The translations under genes were made by a program, and so were the position numbers. The notes below the pieces were generated by a model. It was given only the letters and a program-made list of their open reading frames with translations, searched no databases and was not told the DNA's origin. From positions 1 through 55,611 of IMG/VR virus record IMGVR_UViG_3300031152_000004: 55,611 nucleotides of DNA, one strand, 5' to 3'. Shown here in pieces: positions 1 to 8,544 of the stretch. Source of the stretch: a virus (lineage: Duplodnaviria > Caudoviricetes). Each line of letters starts with the position of its first letter. Positions within the stretch are counted from its first letter, which is position 1.

Positions 1-2
1 CC

Positions 3-233
3 GACGGCTCCTACAAGGGCCGGCGGCTGTGGACCAACACCAGCCTGGCCCCCCAGGCGGGGTTCCGGATCCGGGAGGTGTTCGACGCCCTGGGCTACAC
101 CCTGGACTCGGACACCAAGGAGATGATCGGGGACCGCTGCACCGCGTACGTGTCGCAGCAGGTCCAGGAGAAGGGCAAGAACGCGGGGAAGCTGCAGAAC
201 GTGATCGACTCGCTGGCCCCGATCGAGCCCTAG
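3..233 (+). CDS. C-terminal part of DUF669-like ssDNA-binding protein (N-terminus at window end)
   Basis: Frame 3 reads DGSYKGRRLWTNTSLAPQAGFRIREVFDALG...NVIDSLAPIEP*, which fits as the continuation of the ORF starting at 55460; lies between the AAA_24 ATPase region and the primase. Confidence 0.7.
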   Translation, partial: DGSYKGRRLWTNTSLAPQAGFRIREVFDALGYTLDSDTKEMIGDRCTAYVSQQVQEKGKNAGKLQNVIDSLAPIEP

Positions 234-249
234 CCGCCTGTCCCGCTCT

Positions 250-288
250 GTACCGGCCCGTCCCGCATGTCCGGGGGCGGGCCGGTAC
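250..288 (+). terminator. GC-rich hairpin, possible terminator without U-tract
   Basis: GTACCGGCCCGTCCC...GGGGCGGGCCGGTAC inverted repeat right after the stop at 233. Confidence 0.45.
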
Positions 289-313
289 CCGTCCGAACGA
301 GAGGGGGTGGCTG

Positions 314-2938
314 GTGCCGATACTACCTTCGGGCTGGCCGCTGGCCGGCGCCGCCGACCAGTATCTACGGGCGGGCCTGCGGGTCCTGCCGCTGCACGAC
401 CGGCAGAAGGCGCCGACGCTGAACTGGTCGAAGCTGCGCGACCGGCCGCTGTGGGACCTGGCGCAGCTGCAGGCCTGGGACCTGGCCACCGCTACCGGCC
501 TGTGGGTCCTGGTACAGGACCCCTGGGTGGTGCTGGACCTGGACTCCGATTCCAGCGTCGCCTTCTGGAAGAACCGCCTGGGCGCGCTGTACGGGCAGGC
601 GGGGGTCGCCCGTACAGCGCACGGGCAGCACCGCTGGTACCGGCTACCGGCCGGGGAGGGTGGGGACCACTGGACGGTCAAGGGCTACGGGTTCCACGTC
701 CGCGGGGCGGGTAAGGGCGGGGTAGTGGTACCGCCGTCGGTGCACGAGACGGGCTGGTGCTACCGCTGGGAGGTGCCGCTTCCCTCGGTCCCGGCGCTGC
801 CGGCCGGGTCCTGTGAAAGGTTCCACAAGGACAAGGACCGGTCGAACGTATCGACCCGGCTGGCGGACCGGTACAGCAACAAGGCCCTGGCCCAGGAGGT
901 CGCCGCGGTACTGGCGGCCGAACAGGGCGACCGCAACAACCAGCTGAACGCCAGCGCGTTCAACCTGGGCGGGATCGCCGGGATCGACCTGGCGCAAGTG
1001 CGGTCGGCGCTGTCCACGGCGGGCCTGCAAGTCGGGCTGGACCCTTTCGAGGTGGACAAGACCATCGACTCTGGTTTCGCTGCGGCGGTGGCGAAACCGC
1101 GGGCACCGCGGCGCCGCGCCGCAGCGGCACAGGACGGTTCCGGGCCGGCGGGGCTGACCGCCCCGGACGGGGTGCTGATGCACGGGGACAAGCGCTGGGC
1201 GGATTTCGACCTGGCCGCCACCGGGACGGTGCGGGACGCGGACGGGCGGGTCGCCGGCTACGAGGTGCGGATCGAGCCGTCCGGGGTAACGGACCTGCTG
1301 TCGGCTGAGCAGCTGGCGGACCGCAAGAAGCTGCTGACCTGGGAGGTCCGTAACCAGGTGACGATTCACGGGGAGCGGTCGGTGGGCAGCCGGCTGGCCG
1401 CCTACCTGGCCGGGCAGGACGCCCCGGGGGTGCGGGTGGTACCGCGGCTGGGCTGGGACGACACCGCCCAGGCGTACATCACCTTCGAGGGTCAGATCAC
1501 CGCCGCGGGCCTGTCGGAGGCCACCTCGGTGCGCCCGGACCCGGACCTACGCCGGCGTAACCAGGTGCAGTTCAGTTACGGGTTCGGTGACCTGCCCGTG
1601 GCTGTCTCGGTCCTGCGGCAGGTGCTGACCTTCCAGGACCCGACGGTCACGTCCGTCGTCGGCGCCTGGTACATGGCGGCCCACCTGAAGGGTCAGCTGA
1701 TGCAGAGGTCTGCGTTGTTCCCGGTGTTGGCCCTGGTCGCGCCGTCCGGGCACGGCAAGACCACCGGGTTCCCCCAGCTGATGCACCAGCTGGCCGGGTC
1801 CACCCGCGGGCAGGGGGTGGACACGATGGCGGCGTTCCGGGACCGGCTGGCGTCGCACCGCAACGGCCCGGCGTGGCTGGACGACCTGAACACCCTGGAG
1901 CACCTGGCGGAGGTCCTGCGGGCGGCGACCGCGGAGGGCACTTACTCCAAGAAGGACTCGGACGCCCGCGGGAACGTGGACGCGAAGCTGACCGCCCCGG
2001 TCATCCTGTCCGGGGAGGGCGGGGTGACCGACGACCAGAAGGCGCTGCTGGACCGCACCATCCAGATAGAGCTGCCGAATCCGCAGGGCAGACTGTCGGT
2101 GACCGGGTCGGGGCGGCCTCAGTGGGATGACATCCTGGACCTGGCCGCCCAGTACCCGGCCGGGCTGCACGTGTTCGCCGGGACGCTGGTAGCGGCGGCG
2201 CTGGGCCACGCCCCGGTGGTCGGGCAGCTGGCGTCGCTGCGGCCGTCGTCGGGGGGCCGGCATGCGGACAAGCTGGCCGTCCTGCGGGTCGGCGCCCGGG
2301 TCCTGGCGCAGGTCGTCCAGGACGACTCCCACATCGCCCGGGTGGACGCGTGGGTAGCCGGGCAGGTGGACCTGGGGGCGGAGAACACATTGACGCTGCG
2401 GGTCATACCGGCCTGCCTGCGGGTGTACGGGCCGGTGCTCGAGCCGGTCAGGGCAGACCCCGCCCCTTACTACGGGTTACCGACTCCGGTGCTGGTGCGC
2501 CCTGGCCCGGACGGCCGGCCGGCCCTGTGGGTGAACATCCCGGCGCTGGCCGCGTGGTGGTCGAAGTGGACTGGCGGGCGGGTGCAGGCCCGGACCGAGA
2601 CCGAGTCGGCGCTAGCCGACCAGGCCCGGGCGCTGGGTATGAAGGGAGAGCGTTCGGGGGTCATCGGGGCGGACTTCCAGAAGATCCGGCTGGGTGGTCG
2701 GAAGTCCGAGCGGCCGACCTACCAGATGGTTCCGGCAGATGTCAGCGCGCGGCTGCTCGTGGACTTCTCAGATGTGGTCGACGGGGGTGTCGACCACACC
2801 CTATTTGCGCTAGAGTCACGGGCACCCCTACCCGGGGCAGATGTACCCCAGGTTTCATCTACAGGGCAGACCTACCCTAGGCTATCGGTGTCCCAACAGG
2901 ATAGGGCTGCCCGCTCAACCCCCCGGAAGAGGTCCTAG
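314..2938 (+). CDS. Bifunctional primase/polymerase (Prim-Pol) fused to a P-loop helicase-like domain, 874 aa
   Basis: N-terminal VLPL..KAP, VVLDLD, RTAHGQHRWY and VVVPPSVH Prim-Pol motifs; RNNQLN helical domain; Walker A APSGHGKTT and WLDD; GTG start at 314 after GAGGGG. Confidence 0.85.
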   Translation: MPILPSGWPLAGAADQYLRAGLRVLPLHDRQKAPTLNWSKLRDRPLWDLAQLQAWDLATATGLWVLVQDPWVVLDLDSDSSVAFWKNRLGALYGQAGVARTAHGQHRWYRLPAGEGGDHWTVKGYGFHVRGAGKGGVVVPPSVHETGWCYRWEVPLPSVPALPAGSCERFHKDKDRSNVSTRLADRYSNKALAQEVAAVLAAEQGDRNNQLNASAFNLGGIAGIDLAQVRSALSTAGLQVGLDPFEVDKTIDSGFAAAVAKPRAPRRRAAAAQDGSGPAGLTAPDGVLMHGDKRWADFDLAATGTVRDADGRVAGYEVRIEPSGVTDLLSAEQLADRKKLLTWEVRNQVTIHGERSVGSRLAAYLAGQDAPGVRVVPRLGWDDTAQAYITFEGQITAAGLSEATSVRPDPDLRRRNQVQFSYGFGDLPVAVSVLRQVLTFQDPTVTSVVGAWYMAAHLKGQLMQRSALFPVLALVAPSGHGKTTGFPQLMHQLAGSTRGQGVDTMAAFRDRLASHRNGPAWLDDLNTLEHLAEVLRAATAEGTYSKKDSDARGNVDAKLTAPVILSGEGGVTDDQKALLDRTIQIELPNPQGRLSVTGSGRPQWDDILDLAAQYPAGLHVFAGTLVAAALGHAPVVGQLASLRPSSGGRHADKLAVLRVGARVLAQVVQDDSHIARVDAWVAGQVDLGAENTLTLRVIPACLRVYGPVLEPVRADPAPYYGLPTPVLVRPGPDGRPALWVNIPALAAWWSKWTGGRVQARTETESALADQARALGMKGERSGVIGADFQKIRLGGRKSERPTYQMVPADVSARLLVDFSDVVDGGVDHTLFALESRAPLPGADVPQVSSTGQTYPRLSVSQQDRAARSTPRKRS

Positions 2939-3138
2939 TGGTCTGCGTGGTCGACATGTGGTCGACGGGGATGTCGACCACAAGACGGGCCGGTCAGAGG
3001 GGGTGTTAATGGGTGGGTCGACTATTGGTGCCGAAAGACCCATATACGACGCGGTGCAACGGAGTCGCCTCGCGCGTGGGCGCGCTACGCGCGGGCAACA
3101 CACCGGGGGGGGTCTTTCTCCGGGGGATGTCGACCACA
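2772..3138. repeat. Cluster of palindromic GTGGTCGAC/GTCGACCAC repeats, candidate replication origin
   Basis: ATGTGGTCGACGGGG(G/A)TGTCGACCACA at 2772-2798 and 2956-2982; partial copies at 2947-2955 and 3122-3138. Confidence 0.55.
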
Positions 3139-3164
3139 TGGAGTAAATCGACGAGAGGACTACG

Positions 3165-3362
3165 GTGACTAAGAGTAAAGAAGCACTGCGGCTGGCGGCC
3201 CAGTCGACCTGGCTGGACCGGCGGATCAGCTACGCCCAGGAGCAGGTCGAGGCGCACCAGCGGCGGATCGCCGGCTGGCAGGCGGAGAAGGAGGAGACCG
3301 ACCGGCGGATCCGGGAGCTTGACGAAGAGACAAATACTACGGAAGGATCGTCGGGTGCCTAA
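3165..3362 (+). CDS. Hypothetical coiled-coil protein, 65 aa
   Basis: GAGAGGA RBS; overlaps the polymerase start. Confidence 0.6.
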   Translation: MTKSKEALRLAAQSTWLDRRISYAQEQVEAHQRRIAGWQAEKEETDRRIRELDEETNTTEGSSGA

Positions 3363-5394
3363 GACGCGGAGCGAGGTGGTCCAGTTGGCTCAGCGGGGCT
3401 GGCTGCCCTCGTCGTTACCGGACGTGATGGGTGAGGTGTCGTGTGACACGGAGACGTCGGGGCTGTTCGCCGACGACGGGGCGCGGACCTCGACCGTCTC
3501 GGTCGCCTGGTGGGACCACGCCTGCTCGCTGTCGGTGTTCCGCGGGTCGGGGACGCCCTGGGGTGACGCCCTGGACGCCGGAGGCTCGCCCGACTGGGTG
3601 TTCTGTGAGTCGGACGACTGCGTCCGGTCCGCGGCGTTCCCGTTCGATCAGGGGACCGAAGGGAAGCCGGAGGACAACGGGCAGGGCTCGCTGTTCGACT
3701 CGGACGTGAACCTGCCCCGGGCCGAGTGGGACACGCTCCTGTCGTGGCTATCGGCCCGGCCGCTGGTGTTCCACAACGCCCCGTTCGACCTGGAGAAGCT
3801 ACGGGTCGGGACCCGACTGTGGCCCGGGCGGGAGCTGGAGCACGCGTTCTGGTGGGACACCCAGACCGGCTGCAAGGAGCTGTGGCCCCTGTCGGGTACG
3901 ACCTCACTGAAGCCGACCGCCGAGCGGCTGTGGCCCGGAACCGGCATGCGCGAGTACGAACAGCGGATCAAGACCTACCTGACCCGCAACAAGCTACCGG
4001 CGGGCCGCTACGACCTGATCCCGTGGGACATCCTGGGGCCCTACGCTGACATGGACGCCCGGCAGACCCTACGTCTACGCGCCAGGCAGGCTCGAGTTCT
4101 TTGGGAGGGCAGCGGAGTACCGTCATGGTGCCATCGGGAGTTCGCCCTGGGCAAGATCCTGTACCGGATGACGCGCCGCGGGGTGCCGTACGACGCCCCA
4201 GCATCCCTGGCTGCAGCCGCCCAGATCCAGCAGGTCCGGGCCAAGATCGCCGCCGGACTGCCATTCGTCCCCAACACCCCGGCGGCCAAGAAATACTTCT
4301 TCGGGGTGGGTCGCACCGCTAAGGGGCAGCCCTGCCTAAACTTGCCCCCCTATGCCGTCACCGAGAAGAACAGGGAACCCCAGCTGACCGCTGAGATCCT
4401 CGACCGGATGGTCAAAGTCCAGGTTCCATACGCCGGGGAGTACGCCTCCTGGTCCCAGCTGGAGACCGCCGAGTCGATGTGGTACCGCGGCTACGCCGAG
4501 AAGATCGGGACCGACGGCCGGCTACGCGCCTCCTTCCGGCAGGTCAAGGTCGTATCCGGGCGTTACTCGGCCGAACGGGTGCAGCTGCACGCCATCCCAC
4601 ACGACTACCGCCTGACCTCCTACTCGCTGCTGGAAGGGATCCCCACCCCCCGGGCGATGATCTGCTCGGCGGTCGCCCGGCTGACCGGCTGGAGCCTGTG
4701 GGAGCTGGACTGGGCCCAGGCGGAACTGCGCGCCGCCGCGGTCACCGCCGGCTGCACCCGGATGCTCGAGGCTTTCTCCCTGGGGACGGACCTGCACGGG
4801 TACACCGCGACCGAGCTGTTCCACACCGACCCCTCGTCCGTCCGGTGGCCGCTGATCCGGCAGGTCGGCAAGCGGGCGAACTTCACGCTGTGTTTCGGGG
4901 CCGGCTGGCCCACCTTCCAGGCGATGGTCCGCAAGGAGACCGGGGTCCTGATCGAGGACGAGGAAGCCGAGCGGGTCGTCACCGACTGGAACGGGCTATA
5001 CCCCGAGTATGAGCGGGCCAGCCGCAGGTGGGCACGCAGGGCCGACATCGACCGGCGGGTGCGGCTGATCAACGGCCGCCAGCGGTGGTTCCGAGAGGAC
5101 GAGTACACCCACAAGGCGTTCAACCAGTACATTCAGGCGTCCCTGGCCGAACTCGGTAAGGACCTGATGCTGGAGGTCGAGGAGCGGATGCAGGACGCCG
5201 GCATACCCCAACTCGGAATCTCATCCGGGATCGGGGAGGCCGGGATGCTGCTGACCGTGCACGACTCGGTCCTACTGCTGCTGCCGGACGACCGGGCTCC
5301 CTCGATCGTCGCCGGCATTTGCGCCTGGGGGTCGGACTACGGTACCCGGATGTTCAAGGTCCCGATGCTGCTAGAGGCGAAGAGGTGGTCATGA
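3355..5394 (+). CDS. Family A DNA polymerase with 3'-5' exonuclease and no 5'-3' exonuclease (DpoZ candidate), 679 aa
   Basis: ExoI CDTETSG, ExoII FHNAPFD, ExoIII YADMDA; motif A LDWAQAELR, motif B RQVGKRANFTLCFG, motif C TVHDS; close to purZ. Confidence 0.9.
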   Translation: MPKTRSEVVQLAQRGWLPSSLPDVMGEVSCDTETSGLFADDGARTSTVSVAWWDHACSLSVFRGSGTPWGDALDAGGSPDWVFCESDDCVRSAAFPFDQGTEGKPEDNGQGSLFDSDVNLPRAEWDTLLSWLSARPLVFHNAPFDLEKLRVGTRLWPGRELEHAFWWDTQTGCKELWPLSGTTSLKPTAERLWPGTGMREYEQRIKTYLTRNKLPAGRYDLIPWDILGPYADMDARQTLRLRARQARVLWEGSGVPSWCHREFALGKILYRMTRRGVPYDAPASLAAAAQIQQVRAKIAAGLPFVPNTPAAKKYFFGVGRTAKGQPCLNLPPYAVTEKNREPQLTAEILDRMVKVQVPYAGEYASWSQLETAESMWYRGYAEKIGTDGRLRASFRQVKVVSGRYSAERVQLHAIPHDYRLTSYSLLEGIPTPRAMICSAVARLTGWSLWELDWAQAELRAAAVTAGCTRMLEAFSLGTDLHGYTATELFHTDPSSVRWPLIRQVGKRANFTLCFGAGWPTFQAMVRKETGVLIEDEEAERVVTDWNGLYPEYERASRRWARRADIDRRVRLINGRQRWFREDEYTHKAFNQYIQASLAELGKDLMLEVEERMQDAGIPQLGISSGIGEAGMLLTVHDSVLLLLPDDRAPSIVAGICAWGSDYGTRMFKVPMLLEAKRWS

Positions 5395-5552
5395 AGCTAC
5401 GATTGCAGCTGATCCCGGACGACGGGACGACCGTGTATCAGAAAGTGCTGGAACCGGTCGACCCGCAGGACCCGGGACTAGAGTACGACCTGCCCCAGGC
5501 GGTCGCTGACCTGGACCGGCAGTACCAACGAGACAAGGAGAAGCGCGGATGA
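5391..5552 (+). CDS. Hypothetical protein, 53 aa
   Basis: ATGA overlaps with both neighbours (MKLRLQLIPDDG...). Confidence 0.6.
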   Translation: MKLRLQLIPDDGTTVYQKVLEPVDPQDPGLEYDLPQAVADLDRQYQRDKEKRG

Positions 5553-6634
5553 AGCTGAGCGTCGTAGTCGGAGGGCAGTACGGGTCCGAGGGGAAAGGCG
5601 CTGTCGCCGGGCACCTCGCCGCGCGGTCCGAACAGCCCGTAGTCGCAATCCGGGTCGCCGGGCCGAACGCTGGGCACACCGTCTACGGCCGATGCCCCGG
5701 ACAGGTGTGTGGCCTCCAGGACGGCCACCTGGACTCGCTTCCGGTCGGTGAGGGACACCCCTGGAAGCTGCGGCAGGTGCCGGTCGCCGCGGTGACCCGA
5801 CCTGATGCGGTCCTGGTCATCGCCGCCGGGTCCGAGGTCGACCTGGCCGTACTGGAAGCGGAAGTAGCGGCCCTGGACTCGGCCGGGTACGACGCCTCCT
5901 CACGGCTGATGGTCGACTTCCAGGCATCGGTGATCGACCCCGGCTTCCTGGAATCGGAAGCTGAGCTGGTCGCCCGGATCGGGTCCACCGGGAAAGGCGT
6001 CGGCAAGACCCGGGCCGCCCGTATCATGAGGACCTGCGACCTGTACGGGACCAGGAGACGTTGGGCGGTACGTGACGCCTGGCAGGCCATCGCCGGCCCG
6101 GTTCACGTCATCGTCGAAGGGACCCAGGGCTACGCACTCGGGTTGCACGCCGGCTGGTACCCGTACTGTACCTCCAGCGACTGCCGCGCCATCGACTTCA
6201 TGTCCATGGCGGGGATCCCGCCCCAGGCAGCCGACGTGTGGGTCGTACTGCGGACCTGGCCCATCCGCGTCGCCGGTACCAGCGGGCCCATGCACCAGGA
6301 GGTCACCTGGGACGTCGTCGGACAGCCAGTCGAAAGAACGACCGTGACCAACAAGGTCCGCCGGGTCGGGCGCTGGGACCGCGACCTCGCCCGCGCTGCC
6401 GTCAAAGCCAACGGCCGGTGCAAGGTCGCGCTGACCATGGTCGACTACGACCTGCCGTTCCTGGCTGGGGAAACCGGAAGCTACGGCGCCTGGGCCGCTG
6501 CCGCCGGGATGACCTACGGGCCCGGCATCGACCCGGTGGTCCTGGCCGAGAAGTACCTCGCCACCGTCGAATCGGACTGCGGCGCACCTATCCGGCTGGT
6601 CGGTACCGGCCCCGACACGATCCTGGAGCGGTGA
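5549..6634 (+). CDS. purZ: Diaminopurine (2-aminoadenine) synthetase PurZ, PurZ0-like, 361 aa
   Basis: PurA-fold motifs GGQYGSEGKG (Ser in place of the PurA catalytic Asp), GPNAGHT, IGSTGKG, EGTQG, YPYCTS, PIRVAG.SGP, TTVTNKVRR, LTMVD, GTGP; short archaeal-type length; near a family A polymerase. Confidence 0.88.
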   Translation: MKLSVVVGGQYGSEGKGAVAGHLAARSEQPVVAIRVAGPNAGHTVYGRCPGQVCGLQDGHLDSLPVGEGHPWKLRQVPVAAVTRPDAVLVIAAGSEVDLAVLEAEVAALDSAGYDASSRLMVDFQASVIDPGFLESEAELVARIGSTGKGVGKTRAARIMRTCDLYGTRRRWAVRDAWQAIAGPVHVIVEGTQGYALGLHAGWYPYCTSSDCRAIDFMSMAGIPPQAADVWVVLRTWPIRVAGTSGPMHQEVTWDVVGQPVERTTVTNKVRRVGRWDRDLARAAVKANGRCKVALTMVDYDLPFLAGETGSYGAWAAAAGMTYGPGIDPVVLAEKYLATVESDCGAPIRLVGTGPDTILER

Positions 6635-6635
6635 C

Positions 6636-7004
6636 GTGCAGGAGAACCCGAACGCCACCGACCTGGTGGAGGCCATCAACCGGCTGACCGAGTGGTGGGA
6701 GAAGCTGGCCCAGCAGGACATCAACGCGACTGTCCCCAAGGCTGTCGAATACGGCGCCTACGACCTGGACATCATGGGGCAGGCCATGGTCGCCCTGGCC
6801 GACGGCATGTGGACCGGCGCCACCCAGGAGGAGCGCCTCGCGATCGGGCGGGAAATGGCCTGCGCGTTCTACCTGCTCGGAAAGACCGCCCGGATCTTCT
6901 CCGCCTTCCAGCGGGGCGAACGGCCTTCGGACGACACCTGGCTGGACGTCACCGTCTACTCGGTGATGGCCCGGCGGATCCGCCAGACCGGGATGTGGCC
7001 GTGA
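6636..7004 (+). CDS. All-alpha NTP pyrophosphohydrolase-like protein (DUF1599/Nmad1-like; possible MazZ analogue), 122 aa
   Basis: K..EYG, GK.AR and DDTWLD...Y pattern resembles DUF1599/MazG-superfamily motifs; directly downstream of purZ. Confidence 0.55.
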   Translation: MQENPNATDLVEAINRLTEWWEKLAQQDINATVPKAVEYGAYDLDIMGQAMVALADGMWTGATQEERLAIGREMACAFYLLGKTARIFSAFQRGERPSDDTWLDVTVYSVMARRIRQTGMWP

Positions 7005-7234
7005 AGATCACCATCTACCGGACCGCGGCCGTCGACCCCGCCATCCTCGCCGAGATCCCCAGCGCCGTCATCGAACACGAGCACGACAGCCTGACCTGGC
7101 GGGTAGAAGCCGGGGTACTGTTGGTGACCCGGCCGCCCGTCGGCTACGGTGACGGGCAATACCCCGCCCTCAAGCTGACCTGGGGGTACCCGACAAACGC
7201 CATCGACCGGTTCGAGATACGGGAGCGACCATGA
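7001..7234 (+). CDS. Hypothetical protein, 77 aa
   Basis: GTGA/ATGA coupled overlaps; MKITIYRTAAVD... Confidence 0.6.
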   Translation: MKITIYRTAAVDPAILAEIPSAVIEHEHDSLTWRVEAGVLLVTRPPVGYGDGQYPALKLTWGYPTNAIDRFEIRERP

Positions 7235-7485
7235 CCGTACTGACCCAGACGACCGACCTGCTGAAGCACGACGGGTGGACCTTCCACCGCGAAGGCGAAC
7301 TCATCTCGCCCGACGCGAAATGGATCGTCAAGACGGGTTACGCTAGCTTCGAGTCATACTTGCAAATACAAAAACCTGGCCACCCGCCCGTCCTGATCGA
7401 ACACCTGCGCCTGCGAGAAGACCACGACGGGTTGCCCGCGGTGCTGACCTGGCTGGCCGGCTGGGGGATCTACCTTGGCCCGTAA
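7231..7485 (+). CDS. Hypothetical protein, 84 aa
   Basis: Coupled start with GGGAG RBS. Confidence 0.6.
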   Translation: MTVLTQTTDLLKHDGWTFHREGELISPDAKWIVKTGYASFESYLQIQKPGHPPVLIEHLRLREDHDGLPAVLTWLAGWGIYLGP

Positions 7486-7687
7486 GCCGGCGCCACGCGG
7501 GATGGCCGGGTGGACCACCGAGGTTGCCCAGCGCGGGGCCGGCTGCCAATACCGGGCCGGCCCCTACACCTGCTGGCGCCGGAACCCCGTCCACCAAGGG
7601 GCGCACTACGACCTGGACCGGCACGAGTGGTTCGGCAAGGTTGGCAGGACCGTGGAACACTACCCAGCCGGGAAGGAAACCAAGTGA
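7475..7687 (+). CDS. Small Cys/His protein, 70 aa
   Basis: C-x8-C-x5-H-x3-H pattern; stop overlaps the next GTG. Confidence 0.5.
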   Translation: MARKPAPRGMAGWTTEVAQRGAGCQYRAGPYTCWRRNPVHQGAHYDLDRHEWFGKVGRTVEHYPAGKETK

Positions 7688-8544
7688 GATTCGTCTACCT
7701 CGCCCAGCCGATCGACCTGGTAGGAGCCGACGACCCGACCCAGCTGACCTGGCTGGCCCAGGACGTCAAGGCCGCCCTGGTTAAAACCGGCATCGGCTGG
7801 TACGACCCGCAAGCAGCCTGGCGCACCCCGGCCGGCCTCCAGGTCGGGCGGGAGGTCCGGCAGGTCAACCTGTGGGCACAGGGCCGTTGCGAGGGAATGA
7901 TCGCCCTCCTGCCCGACAACGTCCCCAGTGCCGGTGTTCCGATCGAGATCGAACGCGCGATGGTCCAATGGGACCAGCCCGTGGCCATCCTCGGCGGGAC
8001 CCAGCGCTGGGCGCTGCCCCCGAACGGGCGCCGCGCCTACTTCAACCTGGACGCCGTCGCCGCGGTCGAGTGGCTGGCCGACCAGCAGGTGCCGCAGATC
8101 CCCCGCCCGGACCCGTTCAGCGTCAAGCTCCTGAGCCCCGCCGGGAAGCTCCCGACCAAGACCCACGCTGACGACGCCGGGTACGACCTGTACGTCTCCG
8201 AACGGGTCACCATCCCCGCCGGCCAGTTCCGCGACGTCCCGTGCGGAATCGCCATCCAGCTGCCGGACCGCTGCTGGGGGATGATCGTCGGCAGGAGCAG
8301 CACCATCCGCAAGCGGGGCCTGCTGGTCCAGCCCGGCGTGATCGACACCGGCTGGCGCGGCGAGCTGTTCGCCGCCGTCCAGCACTTGGGGGGTGGGCCG
8401 CCCACGGTGATCGAGGCCGGCGACCGAATCGCCCAGCTGCTGATATTCGACAACACGTCGATGCGACTCGGCCCACCCCAGGAGGTCAACGAGCTGGAGG
8501 CCCACGCCCGCGGCATCAACGGATTCGGGTCCAGCGGCCTGTAG
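7684..8544 (+). CDS. Fusion of a nucleoside 2-deoxyribosyltransferase/DNPH1(RCL)-like N-glycosidase domain and a trimeric dUTPase-like domain, 286 aa
   Basis: N-terminal VYLAQPI...SAGVPIEIERA (S-x-G-x3-E); C-terminal AGYDL, GRSS, GVIDTGWRG, GDRIAQL and RG.NGFGSSG; GTG start after GGAAGGA. Confidence 0.8.
   Translation: MRFVYLAQPIDLVGADDPTQLTWLAQDVKAALVKTGIGWYDPQAAWRTPAGLQVGREVRQVNLWAQGRCEGMIALLPDNVPSAGVPIEIERAMVQWDQPVAILGGTQRWALPPNGRRAYFNLDAVAAVEWLADQQVPQIPRPDPFSVKLLSPAGKLPTKTHADDAGYDLYVSERVTIPAGQFRDVPCGIAIQLPDRCWGMIVGRSSTIRKRGLLVQPGVIDTGWRGELFAAVQHLGGGPPTVIEAGDRIAQLLIFDNTSMRLGPPQEVNELEAHARGINGFGSSGL

Noticed and set aside
29-313. N-terminal 95-aa extension of the primase ORF in the ORF track
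   Set aside because: It overlaps the DUF669 C-terminus in another frame and a hairpin; an RBS supports the GTG at 314
5549-6634. Ordinary purA auxiliary metabolic gene
   Set aside because: The catalytic Asp is replaced by Ser, and the context is a polymerase plus dNTP-processing genes
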